A stretch of 64,000 nucleotides of DNA, from assembly GCA_046563655.1 (NCBI GenBank), contig CM102283.1, positions 3,844,001 through 3,908,000 of the forward strand, given 5' to 3'. The DNA is from Yuukianura sp. NJ FZ-2021 (Eukaryota). A program made the translations under genes and the position numbers. Position 1 is the stretch's first letter, and every line of letters starts with the position of its first letter. Positions 9,899 through 24,648 of this stretch are shown piece by piece. A model generated the notes under the pieces. That model did no database searches. It had not been told where the DNA came from and saw only the letters and a list, made by a program, of their open reading frames with translations.

Positions 9899-12800
9899 TC
9901 AGTTCCCGAGCGGAATGGGACAAATGTGCCGGAAGTTTGGAAATTTTTCGGAAACCTTGAGCCAAGCCTCTTTGAATTCCGGAACAACCCAGAGCTCGTT
10001 GATTTTTTCAGCGATTCTAGCAGCGTCTTGAGTTCGGCAGTTGATGCTTGAGCAATATACTCTCTGAGGATGAGTGACCATGACGGTCCATCACGGAGAC
10101 GGAAGCTGAAGACCAGAGCAGTTTGAGACGCTAGAGGATATTTGTTCATTTCAATTAGTTTAGCAATCAGCCTCCCTTTGCTCCTCTGTCGTAAGGCGTA
10201 AGCGTTCAACTGCAGTCCAGCAGCTTGTAAGGCCTTGACCAGATTCACAACACGACTATGCAAAATCAAAAAAAAATCACAAGATTAGCAAAAATTCAAA
10301 TTTTTAATTTTAAAATCAACCGCCGATGCATCGGCGGAGAATTCCTCCTTACGTGTTTGTTTCTTCCACTTGATACTGATCGATATTTGCAAGTAAAGTG
10401 AGCTTGAGCTGGTTCACTGCGGCGGTGCCTTGAATCCTCTCAGCCTGCATCTTCGGAGGAACGTAAGATGCTTGATTCAAGTATTCCGCGTGAATCGCTG
10501 AAAATATCCGAGTGAACAATTCAGTGTCTCCAAATCGGAGCAGCGATTCTCCAAAAGCTGTGAGTTCTGGAAGTAGTCCAGTAGCTCCCTTCCTTCCTTG
10601 GATCCAAACTTCTACAAAGTTCAAAAACATTTTTTCAAAAACATTGTTTTTTTGTTTTTGTTTTTCAAAAAAAAAATCTAAAATTTTGAAATTGAAGTCT
10701 TGTTTACTCACCCAAGTAAATGTTGAGAAACGCAGTCTCCAGTGGAATCTCTCTATCTCGCAGTTCTCTGAACATTGAAAGTATTGACATGACGTTCAGT
10801 ATTGGCTCGATTATTGCCGTTTCAGTCTCGAATGATGAGAAGATCAAATTGTAGAATGCTTCCAGCGTATCCAGTTCAGTATCAGAAGAAGTTGCAATGA
10901 ACTTGGCCAAATGTCTAGCCAGTGCAACTCCTTCGCCAGGTACAATGTCTCCTTCAGCATGAAAATTTCCCGGAAGTCGTACAATTTCGGTCACAATTTC
11001 CCAGATTTTGGCCATTTCAGAGCCACGGAGTCCATCGTTACAGAAGAAACTTGCTGCTGTGAGTAGAAAGTCCTTTACATGAGAAAAACTTATTTGAGCC
11101 AATCCATGACACAGTCGGATCATATGTGGTCCAGACGCATCGCGATTTTCTAAAAAACGAGAAAAAATGAAATCATAAAACTATTTTGAAAAGACAACAT
11201 CGTAAAACTTTTTTTTTCATTTTTGAATTGAACTTATATGTGTCGAGGTCAACTTGACCTTTAACCTTGTCATACCTTCCAACAAAATGCGAAGGACGCT
11301 GAACGGATACTCTTTAGAGTAGAGCATGTCAGTGGACCAAAAATGTTTGAGTATCTTGCGTAGCTGGAAAAACTGAAGCGCCTTGCGATCCTGTATTCGA
11401 TTGGCAAGCAGTTTTCCACATTCGGTGTACCTTTCCCACGGTTCATTTTCTTTGTTGAGCAGATCTGGAGCCTAAAAATTTCAAAAAATTTCAAAAATTT
11501 GTTCGTTTTTCATAAATTAACATGAACAGGTTTAGAAAACCAAAAACTTTTTCTAACCTGTCGAAACTGTTCCAAAATTCGGTTGAGCAATCGTTGAACC
11601 AACTCTTCTGAAAAATCGGTTTCCACGATTTCGTCCAACGGTTTTGGCGTTTCGGAAAGTTCGTACCAAAACTTCAACTTCCGTACTCCCTCAGCATCGC
11701 ATTTTCCAGTATGCTTGATAAGTTCGAGACAGTCTTCATAGGCTTCCGGTTTGTCCGCTTTCAAAATCCGTTTGATCGTGTGCTGAAACACATAGAAGCC
11801 GAAACCAATTAGGTTAATCTTCAACTTTAGCCTAACACTTAGATTAGGCTAACTTAAAACCTAACCTGTTAAGTTTTCTATTCTCGTAATGAAGTTGGAA
11901 AACCTTGGAAAACTATTTAGAACTTTTGAACTTTCTAGAATTCCTTCGAAGTTGACTGGGGAAGAGCAAGAAACCGACTGAATAGACAAGCAGAGTCTTT
12001 GACTTTGTAACCTTGGCATCTCTCTCCTCAGTCAATGTCCACAAAATGTATCAAGGACATTGGAAATGGATTATGGACATGCATAATGTCACAAAACTCA
12101 GAAAAGAGGCCAGTCAGACAAAATGACTTAACATTAGCAGCATTCTTCTTCTTTCCTTGAGTATTTACAGACTCAAGAAAAGAAAAAGAATGTTAATCGA
12201 ATTGGAGAGGTCAATCAAGGACGAACTGTCTTAGGCCAGCTTTAGTTTCAATTCCTACAGCAGCGTTGGAGTCCAAGTCCAACACAAATCTAAACTTGCA
12301 TCGACCATAAAAAACTTCTCTCGCAGGATAAAGATAAAAAATAATTGAAAACTTACAACTACATGGTATCCATGGACACATTTTGAGGCAGACAGGTTGT
12401 ACTTGTAACGAAGGCATCTGTAAGGCACTTGGACTTTGATAATCTGAATCGTCTTTTGCAAAATGGCTGCTTCTGCATCCCCTTCCACGCTCAACTGCAA
12501 AGCTCTGTTCACAATTCCTTCCATTGGGACGCCAAGGAACTGGCCATGCTTGGGACAAGGCGTGCACACAACGCAGACGCACGATCGTCGATTCAATGTT
12601 GTCTGTTAGCGTGACAACACGATTTTCAAAGGGAATCCACTCTGCTCGCATGTAGTAAGTCACTTCATTGGCAAGGAACTGAAAATATATAAATACAATA
12701 TATAAATAAGTAATATGAATAAAATATGTTCTGAACTTACTCCAATGTGCTGCTCAATGATTTCGTCGACGTTGAGACCATGGCGCTTCGCAAATGGAAA

Positions 12801-13908
12801 CAAAAAATCCTTGAGGAAATAACTCGACTTCTTCTTCTCCCCAAATCACTCCAACCATCAAGTTGATCACATCTAGCTTCGGTTCCTAAAAGTAATTCAG
12901 CAGTGTAGTTAGGTAATTACACAAGTAATTAAGTAATCACACAAGTAATTCGTCACAATGAAATCAAATAGTATCCATTATCCAAGTAACAACGTTTAGA
13001 AATCGATTACTTACGTCCAAGTACTTGTCAAAGAGAATCCGAATCTTGTGGTTGGAGTAAAGTTGCGAAAGTTCGTTGAGTGCTTGGAGAATTATTCTTA
13101 GTTTGTCCAGTATCTCCGTACAAATGGCAGCACGTTCCAAATGTCTTGATTCATTCAAATCACTTGCCTCCTGTAACTTCGTCTCCTCTTCTTCAACTGC
13201 CTTGACCAGAACTTCCACAAAGTCAATCCCCTCCTTTGGCCAAGCAACCTCCCTCTCCAGATTCCTGATTTGACTGGTCACAAGGTAAACCAAAGCAGAG
13301 ACCTTGGATCCCCCACCATCTCCAGCACTATTACGCTCACATTTGTCCAGAGCATGAGGAAAAATAGTTTTGAAGAGAGATACTGCCGAGTCGGAGGAGT
13401 CCAGTCGATGCCAAAAGAGAGTGCGGAGAAATGGGGCGAATTGAGACAGTTGAATTTCTGCAAGGAATTCGTGGCAACCAGATGATTTCACACTCATTGA
13501 AACGAAGCTGAAAAAACATAAACAAAAACATAAAAAAATGTATGAAAGAAAATCAAATTCTGAAAACTGCAATCTGAAATCGAAAAACTGAAATCTGAAA
13601 ACTAATAAGACAGAAAAACTGAAGTCTGAAATCTGTTTACCTTTTGCAGAAATTCGCAGCACTGGAGAAACATTGAAGTGTTTGGTGAGCTGAATTCTTT
13701 CCAGCGCTCAATCCCTCCTCCGTCCTCCATGCACAACTTGTTGAAAAGTGTAAAACTTCTTCACAGTATTCAAAAGTCTCTTTCCAAAAAGCGTTCCGCT
13801 GCAGTAGTCTTCGACTCATCGACTCTTTTGAGCCCAAATTGTAGCATTTCCTCTACCCCAGTCTTGGGAGATGTTTGCAGAATTGCCCTGTTTTCAACTC
13901 TACTTTTT
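9899..13908 (-). pseudogene. KNTC1: Rough deal / kinetochore-associated protein 1-like, truncated and multiply frameshifted (or assembly indels)
   Basis: Colinear segments resemble KNTC1 as I recall it: FLKDFLFPFAKRHGLNVDEIIEQHI; FENRVVTL..CVHALSQAWPVPW; and Rod_C-like WSLILREY..ELWVVPEFKEAWLKV..ICP. Apparent frame switches near 13775, 13476, 12850, 12527 and 10005. Confidence 0.65.
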
Positions 13909-14378
13909 CTAAAAAACAGAACCTCCATCTTTAGTTTTAGATTTAAAACTTTTCATTTAAAGTTAGTTTAAAAAACCCCCCTCCTCCTCACATACCAAAA
14001 AAAAACCCTTACCTTAGGTTATTTAAAATGACAACTACGCAGTTAGTTTAAGACTCTGTCTCTTTCCCTATGTCCCTGTGGCTTAGCAGTTGGTGAATTC
14101 CGGAAGATCGGTTGTTTAGTTGACTTAGCAGGATACAATAAGCGTTTGCTAAAGACGTACTTTGGTTCAAGGTTAACTAAAACCAGACGTAATTATCCAA
14201 ATTGCAAACTGTGTTCTTAATTAGAGACAAAGAATGAATCCTCATTTTTGAAAACTCGGTTTGACAAAAAGTTACCCATACCCTCTTCTTGATCGTTATT
14301 CGTGTTGGGCAAATGCAGACGCGTGCACATTTATAAATAATCTCAGAATTTCATCCACTTTGATTAATTATATTTTAA

Positions 14379-14673
14379 TTATAAGACCTAAAAATACGGT
14401 TGAGGTGTCTAAAAATCCGGAAGACCATGGCGCTTAAGTGGCCGGGACCAAATTCCCGAATTTTGGTATCACTCGACGTGTAGAAAAAATTGAACTTTGT
14501 ATTCAATTTTTGGTAACCATTTCACAACAAAAATTCAAGTTCGGTTCACTGCTCTGTATTCTACAGATAAAGACGAATTTTTAGACCCCTTTTACACATT
14601 TCTACGTTTACCTGTGAACTCTAGGCGTTAAAGTTAATTAATTTGAGGCAAACGAGACCCACCGTTGCCATGT
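14379..14673 (+). repeat. Dispersed direct repeat, copy 2, immediately upstream of EMC10
   Basis: Aligns with 326-624. The terminal ~45 bp are identical except for one A in a run. Confidence 0.85.
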
Positions 14674-14824
14674 GTGATTCCTTTTTAATTAGTTTGTTCT
14701 AATTTACAGGACTGCACATCGGGTCGGGGTCAGTCGGTCACCTCACCACATTCCAGTCTCGTCACCAGTCAAAGGCTCCGTTTCATTCTTTCATTAATTA
14801 CTCACTATAAGTATTTGCGGCACA

Positions 14825-15959
14825 ATGCGTCGCTGCTACGCTTTTCAGTGGACTCTCTGCCTGGTTGTCCTCGCTTCCAGTGCTTCGCAGCATCCATCTG
14901 ACGCAGCAGTGGTAATTCAGACTTTCATTAATCGAAATCGTTAAGTTTAAAGTTAGTCCCTTTATCTAATTGTTGGTATTTTGATAATAGTCAGACACTT
15001 TGGAAACTGAAGCCTTCGAAATGCGGGAACTGAAGCTGAGCCTATCCTATGGCGTAGGTCATTCACTGGAAGAAGCAGTATTTCGTCCAAGAGGAACCAT
15101 CACCATTAGAAACTTCAAAGGACCCAAGTACACCACTCAGCAGGACAAGATCAGCGCAAACGAGTTAAAGATGCTGGAGGTAGATGCATAATCGCTTCAG
15201 TCTCCTTTTGATATACCATTTAATGTGTGTCTTTTTGTCATTAATTGCAGGAGATGGCTAAGCAAGATGCCTATTACTTCTTATCCGTCTCCATCAAATA
15301 CCCGAGTGGTGAAAAAACGTTTTCTACCTTCACTCCAGTCGTAAGTTACTTCAACATGTTAAGATCAATTGAGGTAGTGGACAATGGGTCTTGACTATTT
15401 TTGGCTCTTTTAGAAAGCTGTTTTGGATTCGGGATTATCCGATGTTCTATCCATCCACCTAGTTCCAAGTGGTGAAATATTCTCCGTCAGTTACTCAACT
15501 GCTGGTAACAACGTTGGAAGTAAGCAGAATGGGGTCAAAACAGGTCCAGTCCCGAGATCTCTTCAACTCAATGCCTACAACACCACTGTCTTGGTCCACA
15601 GTGGAGAAATTGGTCCAGTGTAAGCCAATTTTACAAACATCCTGAACTTATTTAGCTTATTTTGTGAAATACTGGGCATATTAACCGTCATTTGTTTCCT
15701 TGTAGACCCGACACGGCTCCATACCTAGAAAAATTAGAAATGGAAAGAATCGCTCGAGAAAGGGGTGACGATGGAAGGGACAATCGTTCATTCTTATCTA
15801 AATACGTAAGTGTACAATGCTTATTTAACTTTTTTCGAAATCTTTATTTGGAAAAGTGTACAAATTTGGAAATTTTGACTGTTTCAGTGGATGTACATCG
15901 TTCCAGTGGCTCTGCTAGTCCTCTTATCCAGTGCTTCACAACCAGAAGGTGGAAGCTAA
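14825..15959 (+). CDS. EMC10: ER membrane protein complex subunit 10
   Basis: Signal peptide, FRPRGTITI, GP|RPDTAPYLEKLEMERIARERG..DNRSFLSKY|WMYIVPVALLVLLS; multi-exon. Confidence 0.92.
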
Positions 15960-16569
15960 GGAAATTTGTCCAAAAACAAGGTTTTTTCCTAGTATTTACA
16001 AAACGAAGAGTTGAAGATAAGAAGATGAAGAGGGGCTTATCATCATCACTTGAGTCGTAGAAGCATTTACGATTTACCTAACTTAATAGTACCGTTAGGT
16101 TAACTAGGTTAATCTAATTGAAAGTAAGAGTGAATAAATTGAAGTATCTTATGTGTGGATCCATCAGATAGTGTGATCATGATGTCACTTCCTTTCGGAT
16201 CCAGACGAGGTGTCAACTTCACATTTGTTTGTGAGTAAAAAGTGCGAAACCTCCACCGCCTCATCCCCACTACTCTCTGTGAGGTGCGAAATGCGAATAA
16301 TGTGGAAAAACTCAGGCGCCCAAAACTAATTTCTTGTTTACACCTCAGTAAAATGTAATCTCGTCAATCGTTAATTGAGTGACCACACAACAATTAATCA
16401 AGAGTTAAGGTGCCTGGGACAGGGTTTGACCTCTGGAGGTAACATATCGACCAGTGGACAGACCCAAGTGACTTAGAAAGTGAGAGTTTAGATTAACTTC
16501 AAATGTGACATGTGATCCCATTAACCTTAACCTTGTCTCTTCATCCATTGGCTAATTAATCGATTAATC

Positions 16570-17497
16570 ATGAATCAAAGTGATAGACAGAAACTGCAAG
16601 CTAATTTTAAGTCATTGACGGAGGTCATGTACTCGTCCATTTCTCCCCACTTGATATCCACATTCATCTTAGACTTGGATATGCATGCAGAAATCGATGC
16701 TTGTCCAACAGAGAAACGAAAAATGGACAAACTGTTGCAATTACTTCCGTCGAGGTATTAACTTTTATCCTTAACTAATCGGAATGTGATGCTACACTAA
16801 TTGAATTTGAGGGGTAGGTGTACTAACATAGTAATTGTTTTGTGTCCTCAGGGGATCCAATGCTTTAAAGGAATTGATCAATGCTCTGCGTCCAAGTTAT
16901 GGCTGGTTGGCATCAAATCTTGACGTGGATAATACAGAACCTCTCAATTATGACACAATCCGTAATTATTGTAACAATAATCTACCCGGATTGACAGAAT
17001 CCTCATTCGAAAATTTCAAGGATATTCCTGGTAAACTAAACATGACCTTGAACTTCTGTCATTTATGATTCTTCAGAGTAATTAAGAGTTGAAGATTAAC
17101 GATTAATCATTGATTATTGCAGTGTCATCCAACCTAAGGTCAGTTGAGAAGATTCTGGATTCGAGCAGTATGGTTTGCGTGGGGTGGCCAAAACTTGCAA
17201 ATGCAATGGACCTGAGCCCCAGTTTTATCCAGGACATTCGGCGGAACATGATTCTGGAAGGGGGAACCTGGTATGCAATACACATGATGTTGAATGGCTG
17301 GACAGAAAAGTACGGTAACTCCAAAGCCACCTTCAGTCGCCTCATACAACTCGTAGAGTCAGAGGGATTCAGTATCGTTTCAGGTACGACATCCGCACTT
17401 TACATCTTGAGTTATAAGGCATTAATCGACTAATTTACAGGATTTTATTGTTTGTTTAACAGAGAAACTAATAGATCTTTGGTCCACATTGCAATGA
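16570..17497 (+). CDS. CARD + Death-domain adaptor, CRADD/RAIDD-like architecture
   Basis: CARD-like KMDKLLQLLPSR|GSNALKELINALRPSYGWLA. Death-domain-like WPKLANAMDLS..IQDI..HMMLNGWTEKYGNSKATFSRLIQLV. The last exon is EKLIDLWSTLQ*. Confidence 0.75.
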
Positions 17498-19243
17498 AGG
17501 AACGACAAAAGGATACGGGATGCAGAGGATAAGGATTTACCAGCGTTTGTTGTTAAGGCATGAGTGCGGGCGGCAGACTCTAAATTGACATGGTCGCTTG
17601 TCAGCAGCATCAACAGACTACTGCCAGCATTCGACCATGTTTCGTGTGTGTGATTGTGTATCTTAGAAGGAACAAAGATTTGAAACATAGGTTTTACTTT
17701 TTAGTTTTTGTTTTATCGTGTAACGACTTTTCGAAGGATCGATCATTTCAACTTTTCAGCGTTTTCTCTTTTAACTCTCCTGTTCAACTTCGTTTAATCA
17801 ACAACAAAGCATTTTTATTTCTATCATCTCCCATTTTTTTGTCAAACGAGGTATAAATTAATCATAGTAATTAGTTTAGCTAATTGACAGATTACTGTTT
17901 ATATGTATAGACTTTTTAGTGTTAGATTTCGTGTAAACTTGACTTTTGATGAATAATTAATTGATGTTCTGATAAGTTGTTGGAGCATGCGCGTAGTGAT
18001 TTCTTTCTGTTAGCCTAGTGTTTTAGTGTTTTTTAGACAGTTAGGCTAAGTTTTAACCTAACATTGTTAGTGTTAGATGGATCGATTTTAGATGTAAATG
18101 CCTTACAGTACACAAAGACAGAAACACTACTCCAGAAGAAGCATAGCTAATTTACCATTTTCCTCATCTATTCTTTTAATTGTTTTTTTTTAAATACAGC
18201 ACAACCCAAGAGACAAAGTTAATGAAATGTTAAGTTCCACCGCTTCTCCTTTTCTAAAAAAAAGTAATTAATATTCTACAAACTCAGGTATCTCAAATTA
18301 ATTTAGAAAATAAAACTATATCACCAGTTTTTTGACCGTTCAAAAAAGAGTTTAAAAAAACGGGATTTTAGTCGGTTTTTAACGAATTTTAGTTGTTTTG
18401 GCGGCCATTTTGTTATTACGTAATAGGTTTTTGAGGCCGCGGTTTTCACGTGAGTTTGACAACGTGTTTGCATAACCTTGACCTCCATTTGCTGTTTTTG
18501 TCCGCGAATTCAAAAAGATTCTGATTGGCTTCACATGCGCAGAGGCAGTTTTTAAAATTTCCATTTCAGAATTTTTGTGGGTCTGGCAAAAGGGTACCTT
18601 TTGGTGCTCTCTTTTCTTCCACCCGAGATGGGCAGTCACTTATTTATTTAAATTAATTTAACGTGTTTGAAGCTTGATTAAAGTTAATTTGCTCTAGTTA
18701 AAATTTAATAATTCCTACTTGGAAATTAGAATAATTGTTGTGTATAACTACTTAACAAATTTGGTGTTAAACTATTATTAACATATTTAAAATTTATTAC
18801 AAATGCCAATATGTGTAAGACGGTGGGGTGTAATGTGTCACACTTCTACATCGACTTGTTCCAAAATTCACAAAAAATCAATCATATCTTTTTGTGCACT
18901 ACACCTTTCTTCGTCCTCAATTGGAGAGTTTCCACACGAAAACATACGAGAAACGAGATTTACGAGAACTTTCTATACGTGTTTTCTGCCAATTACTTGG
19001 ATTTGGACTCATTCGAAGCGAAATTAAGGTCGAATTTGCAACTTTCCTGGTAAGATTTCTGTAATCATACGTCTGTTCAACGTTTTTGAGAAAACGTTAT
19101 TCTGATTAGTATTGCACGGGTCGTCCTACTGGTTGTTTTTTAGTCGGATCTCTATTTTTTTTTGTAACTTTCCAGGAGCTACGTGAGGCGAGGACAAAGA
19201 GGAAGAGAATTGAAGACATCCAGGATAGGAGTGAAGGTTGACC

Positions 19244-20429
19244 ATGTCACTCTTTGGTCTTTTCAGGGACAGCATGGAACGTGACCCAATTTTTGGGTGA
19301 GTACTTGTTACTATGAAGCACAATTCCACCTTTCTAAGAGGAAATGTATCTACGTTTTGTACTCTCTTAGGCAACATCAGAGAAACATGAATCGGATGAT
19401 GGATTCGTTTTTTGGTGGATCTGGATTTGGATTTGGGAACAGTTTGATGGGTGGCTCAGCGGGGAATCAAATGATGCCGTTCGGAGGTGTGTTTCCTGGA
19501 CTGGGTGGAATGGGCATGGGAGGAATGATGAGTCCGTTTGGCGGAGTTCCTGATCTGGTGAGAACTCAATTTTTTATTTAATTTCTGACATATAAGTACA
19601 AGCTAATTGTGTGTTTTGTTTGCTCATTCAAGGGAGAAATTATGAACGATCCAAATGGACATTCTTTTTGTTCCACTTCGGTTATGTCGGTGACGTCTGG
19701 ACCTGATGGCCGGCCGCAAGTTTATCATGTAAGATTTGTCGGTGATCAAGCTTACATTGTAAATATTGCGATTTTTGTGATTTACATTATTGGTTTGAAT
19801 AGGCTTCTTCTGCGACTCGACAAGGCCCGGGCGGAGTGAAGGAGACTCGAAAAACTCTTGCTGACACGCGGACTGGAACGAAGAAAATGTCGGTCGGACG
19901 TCACTTGGGAGAACGAGCTCACATTCGAGAACGTGAGGAGAACTTGCGTACGGGACAACGTGAAGAAAACGAAGATTTTATCAATCTGGAAGAAGGTATG
20001 TAATCTTTCATCATAAAGTTTTCTTATAATGGAAAATAATTGAATTTTAATATCATTTCTGTTTTAAAATTAGATGAAGCTGCAAGTTTCAATCAAGAGT
20101 GGCGTCAACGTGCTTCAGCGTATTCAGCCCATCATCACTCGGCTGTCCCGTCTCTGGGCGGTTACAATCCACATCCAGCTTACCAACATAATCACAGAGC
20201 CCACTTGCCGCTCACTCAGCGTCCACACTCCGAACAACAATCAGATGGACAAGTTACGATCGAGGAACTTCCGCCGAGTGACAATGAAGAGGAGGAAACT
20301 CACGACGTTCCGCCAGCATCCACTGCTGCTCGTCGTCTCTTACCAACTATTCCACGCATCGGACGTCGCAGCGGCTCAAAGGAAACACGACCTGCACCCA
20401 AAACGTCAAAACGCTCCAAGAAGCCATAA
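19244..20429 (+). CDS. Mlf: Myeloid leukemia factor
   Basis: MSLFG..DPIFG, DPNGHSFCSTSVMSVTSGPDGRPQVY, TRQGPGGVKETRKTLADTRTGTKKMSVGRHLGERAH, FINLEE|DEAASFNQEW. Confidence 0.93.
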
Positions 20430-21670
20430 ACTGAAAAACTAATTACCACCAACACCAACATCAAATCACGCATTAGTAATCATCATCATCACACTTGCAA
20501 GTTTCATTTTATTTTCATAGAGCGTACAAGATCATGCATGAATGGCCGCATAATTCGAAGAATCCTGGGTAACTAATTGTTCTAAATCTTCCAAATTAAG
20601 ATGAATGCGATCCGTGTAAATCTAAACTTAAAAGGAAGAATGTTAATCCCGAAAGCAGTGTAGAAAATCCTTGGAAAAGAACATTACTATAGAGTTACTC
20701 CTGGACAAATTGGCTGAATTTAGATTACTCGACCGATTGTTAAGTTGTTAGGATTATTGGTTAGTTTGCTCTTCTGTGTAAATTGTTACACTAAGACAGA
20801 GTGACAGTTAAGTTTGTTACACTAATAATAAGTCTCCTCTGATTGAGGATTGACATTTTGGTTTCCTCTAAGTTCATCTTTACAATAAACGTTAATCAAC
20901 CAAAAAGGAAACTTTGGCGTACATTGCTGTTGTGGATTTAGTCACGTTAGCATGCTGCCTTAATTGGTGTTCTTAATTCGGCTGAAGTACTAGCAGGATT
21001 TGAGGATTTGCGTCAGCGGGAATACTGTGTAATGTGCCCATATACCTGGATGACTCACATTCTGTTATCAAAATCAGTTTAAGTAAACAGGCATAGCCAA
21101 GGTGCCCTCGTCTCGTCACTCGTCATTCATTCGTCAACAAGTTAGTCTAGGCAGTGTATTGAAGAAGAGGAGGAACAGACGGTTGGTTAATTGTCATAGA
21201 TTTAATTAATTTCATACTTTGAATATTCAAAATTTGAATTGAAACATTCAGAACTGCTAATTGATTTGCTGTTTTCTCTACAGGTAATTTTGTTACCACG
21301 CATAGAAAAAGGAAAATTCTGGATAGTTCTTGGTGGTGTCGAGGTCGAGACTCGGGAACATTCGTCAGTTCACTGCGCTGCGCATCGCTGATTGACTGGA
21401 GTACATCTAAGCGGGTTCGGTCCACTTTCTGCGTTGCATCCAAGGTAAAACATAAGGGATTCGGAACTCGGGAATGATAATCAATTATTAATTGAAACCA
21501 CAGCAACAGAAAACCAAAACACAACTTTAGATAATACCACAGCTTAGAATAACAGTTCATTACGTTCATTGCCACTTTCAGGAATTGGAACACTGCAACT
21601 CCTAATTATTGACTCCAGCTCAAGATCAATCGCAGAGAAATACTGAACTTGTGCAACTTCCGCTGACATC

Positions 21671-22900
<1,230 letters not shown>

Positions 22901-23292
22901 TCTACCAATCAACGACGACAGACGACAATGGACCTGGCATAAGCAAACTCATGCAAGCCAAAACATAAAATACTTTTACAAAACGATATCAAGATCCCAC
23001 CCCCTCAGACATATGCAAGCTGAATAGCAAGTTAGTTGAATTATTTTTGAATGTTTACTTCAATTACTTCAAAATTTAAACATTCTAATTGCATACGTGA
23101 AACGACGCAGCGGTTATCGTTACCAGTATAAAAACACACTGCTTGTCAAGTTACCTTTGGACAATTTCTTTTCCAGAGAGAACCAATTTATCTTTATATC
23201 CTTAGTCTTTATCGCTCCATTAACTTTGGAATTAAATAAATTCACATCGTAGATCGTAGTGAGAACATAGCAAGAAGCAAGGTTAAGGTTTC

Positions 23293-24321
23293 TTATTTCT
23301 GCGATAGTTCGTAAATGGCATCGTTTATCGAAAGGATTTGTTCATGACTTTTCCAATTATTCCTAGGATTCTGCTCTACAAATGGATCTTCTGTCGTTAT
23401 ATCTAAAAATTCTAAAGGACAGGATAATTGTAGTTTAAAAGAGTGTAAAAACATACGATAGGGTGCTATGTCTCTTCGGTCTGAGTAAGTGAAGTCTCCA
23501 ACAATGGTATGTCCAAGAGTTGAGCAGTGGATCCTAAGCTGATGTCTTCTTCCAGTGATGGGACGTAGAAGGACTTTAGTAGCAGGGTACCCATAACAGA
23601 CTCCGCGCTCTAACACTGCTAAATGAGTCAGAGCATATCTAGTAGTATCTGAGCAGTACTTCATGGACTTTCCAGCCATTCGGATCCCTTTGAACTTCTC
23701 TCGATTGTCTTCTCCAATGGGGTCTTCGATTGTTACAAAGTCTTTGGACAAATGTCCGCGTACAATGGCAAGATAAAACCTAATAAATAGCAAGGTAAAA
23801 GATAGTTCAAAAACGTTTAGCACAAAATCATGTTTAGAAATATCTTATCGAAGCTTACTTTTTTGTGTTCCGATTGGCAAAGGCGTTTCCGGCAGCACCG
23901 CAGGCTTTCTTGGTTTTCGCTATGCAAATGATACCACTTGTAGCGTAATCCAGCCGATGCGGATGGTAAAATCCGAAAGGGAGACTTGTACTGTAGAGAT
24001 CTGGGTAGAGTCGTTCCAGTTGCTTTTCCAGCGTCACTGAAAACAGAACAAAATGATTATCCAAGTTTAAAAAGTTCAAGTTGTAAAAAGTATACCTTGA
24101 TGATGCAGTGAGTCTCGTGAAAAAGCGTTCATGATAACGTCGTGATGCTTGTTAACGACGATGAAGAAGGGAGATTCATGGAGGACATTGATGTCGTTGA
24201 GGGTCACTGAATACTCTCCACGGTACAGCCGCAGGACTCTGTGGAAAAACTTCTCTTCCAAATTCCAAAGCAATTTCACCAGTGCCATCATCTGCTGCAG
24301 CAGTATTTTCCACTTCCACAT
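23293..24321 (-). CDS. RPUSD1: RluA-family RNA pseudouridylate synthase domain protein
   Basis: IVVNKHHDV, catalytic [44 protein letters not shown]. Confidence 0.9.
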
Positions 24322-24454
24322 CCGTCCTTGGTCGATTACTAATTGATTATTATAAATAATAAATAGAAACTACAATAAAACATATAAATTATATAAATAA
24401 ACTGGATTTATAAAGCATTTATTAATAGCTGTCATTTGCAGCTGTTTCACTCCA

Positions 24455-24648
24455 AATTTGGAATGAGGTAGGGAAATTTTCTGTGTTGTTGCTTTTATAT
24501 AAAAGCGAAAAGAGTTAAAACTAACTCTTTCCGGTGTTTACTTTTAGGTCCGTTCCCCGGTTTTACTCCAATGAGGAGTAGCTGGTAACTCCTTTAACTT
24601 TTGTATAAATGGAACGACAAACCAAAAATGCTTCCCGCCTTCAAATTT
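24455..24648. repeat. Degenerate foldback (MITE-like) in the RPUSD1/TBL3 divergent promoter
   Basis: The left arm ..TTTATATAAAAGCGAAAAGAGTTA resembles the reverse complement of the right arm (..TTTATACAAAAGTTAAAGGAGTTA). Contains TTCCCGCCTTCAAA. Confidence 0.5.
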
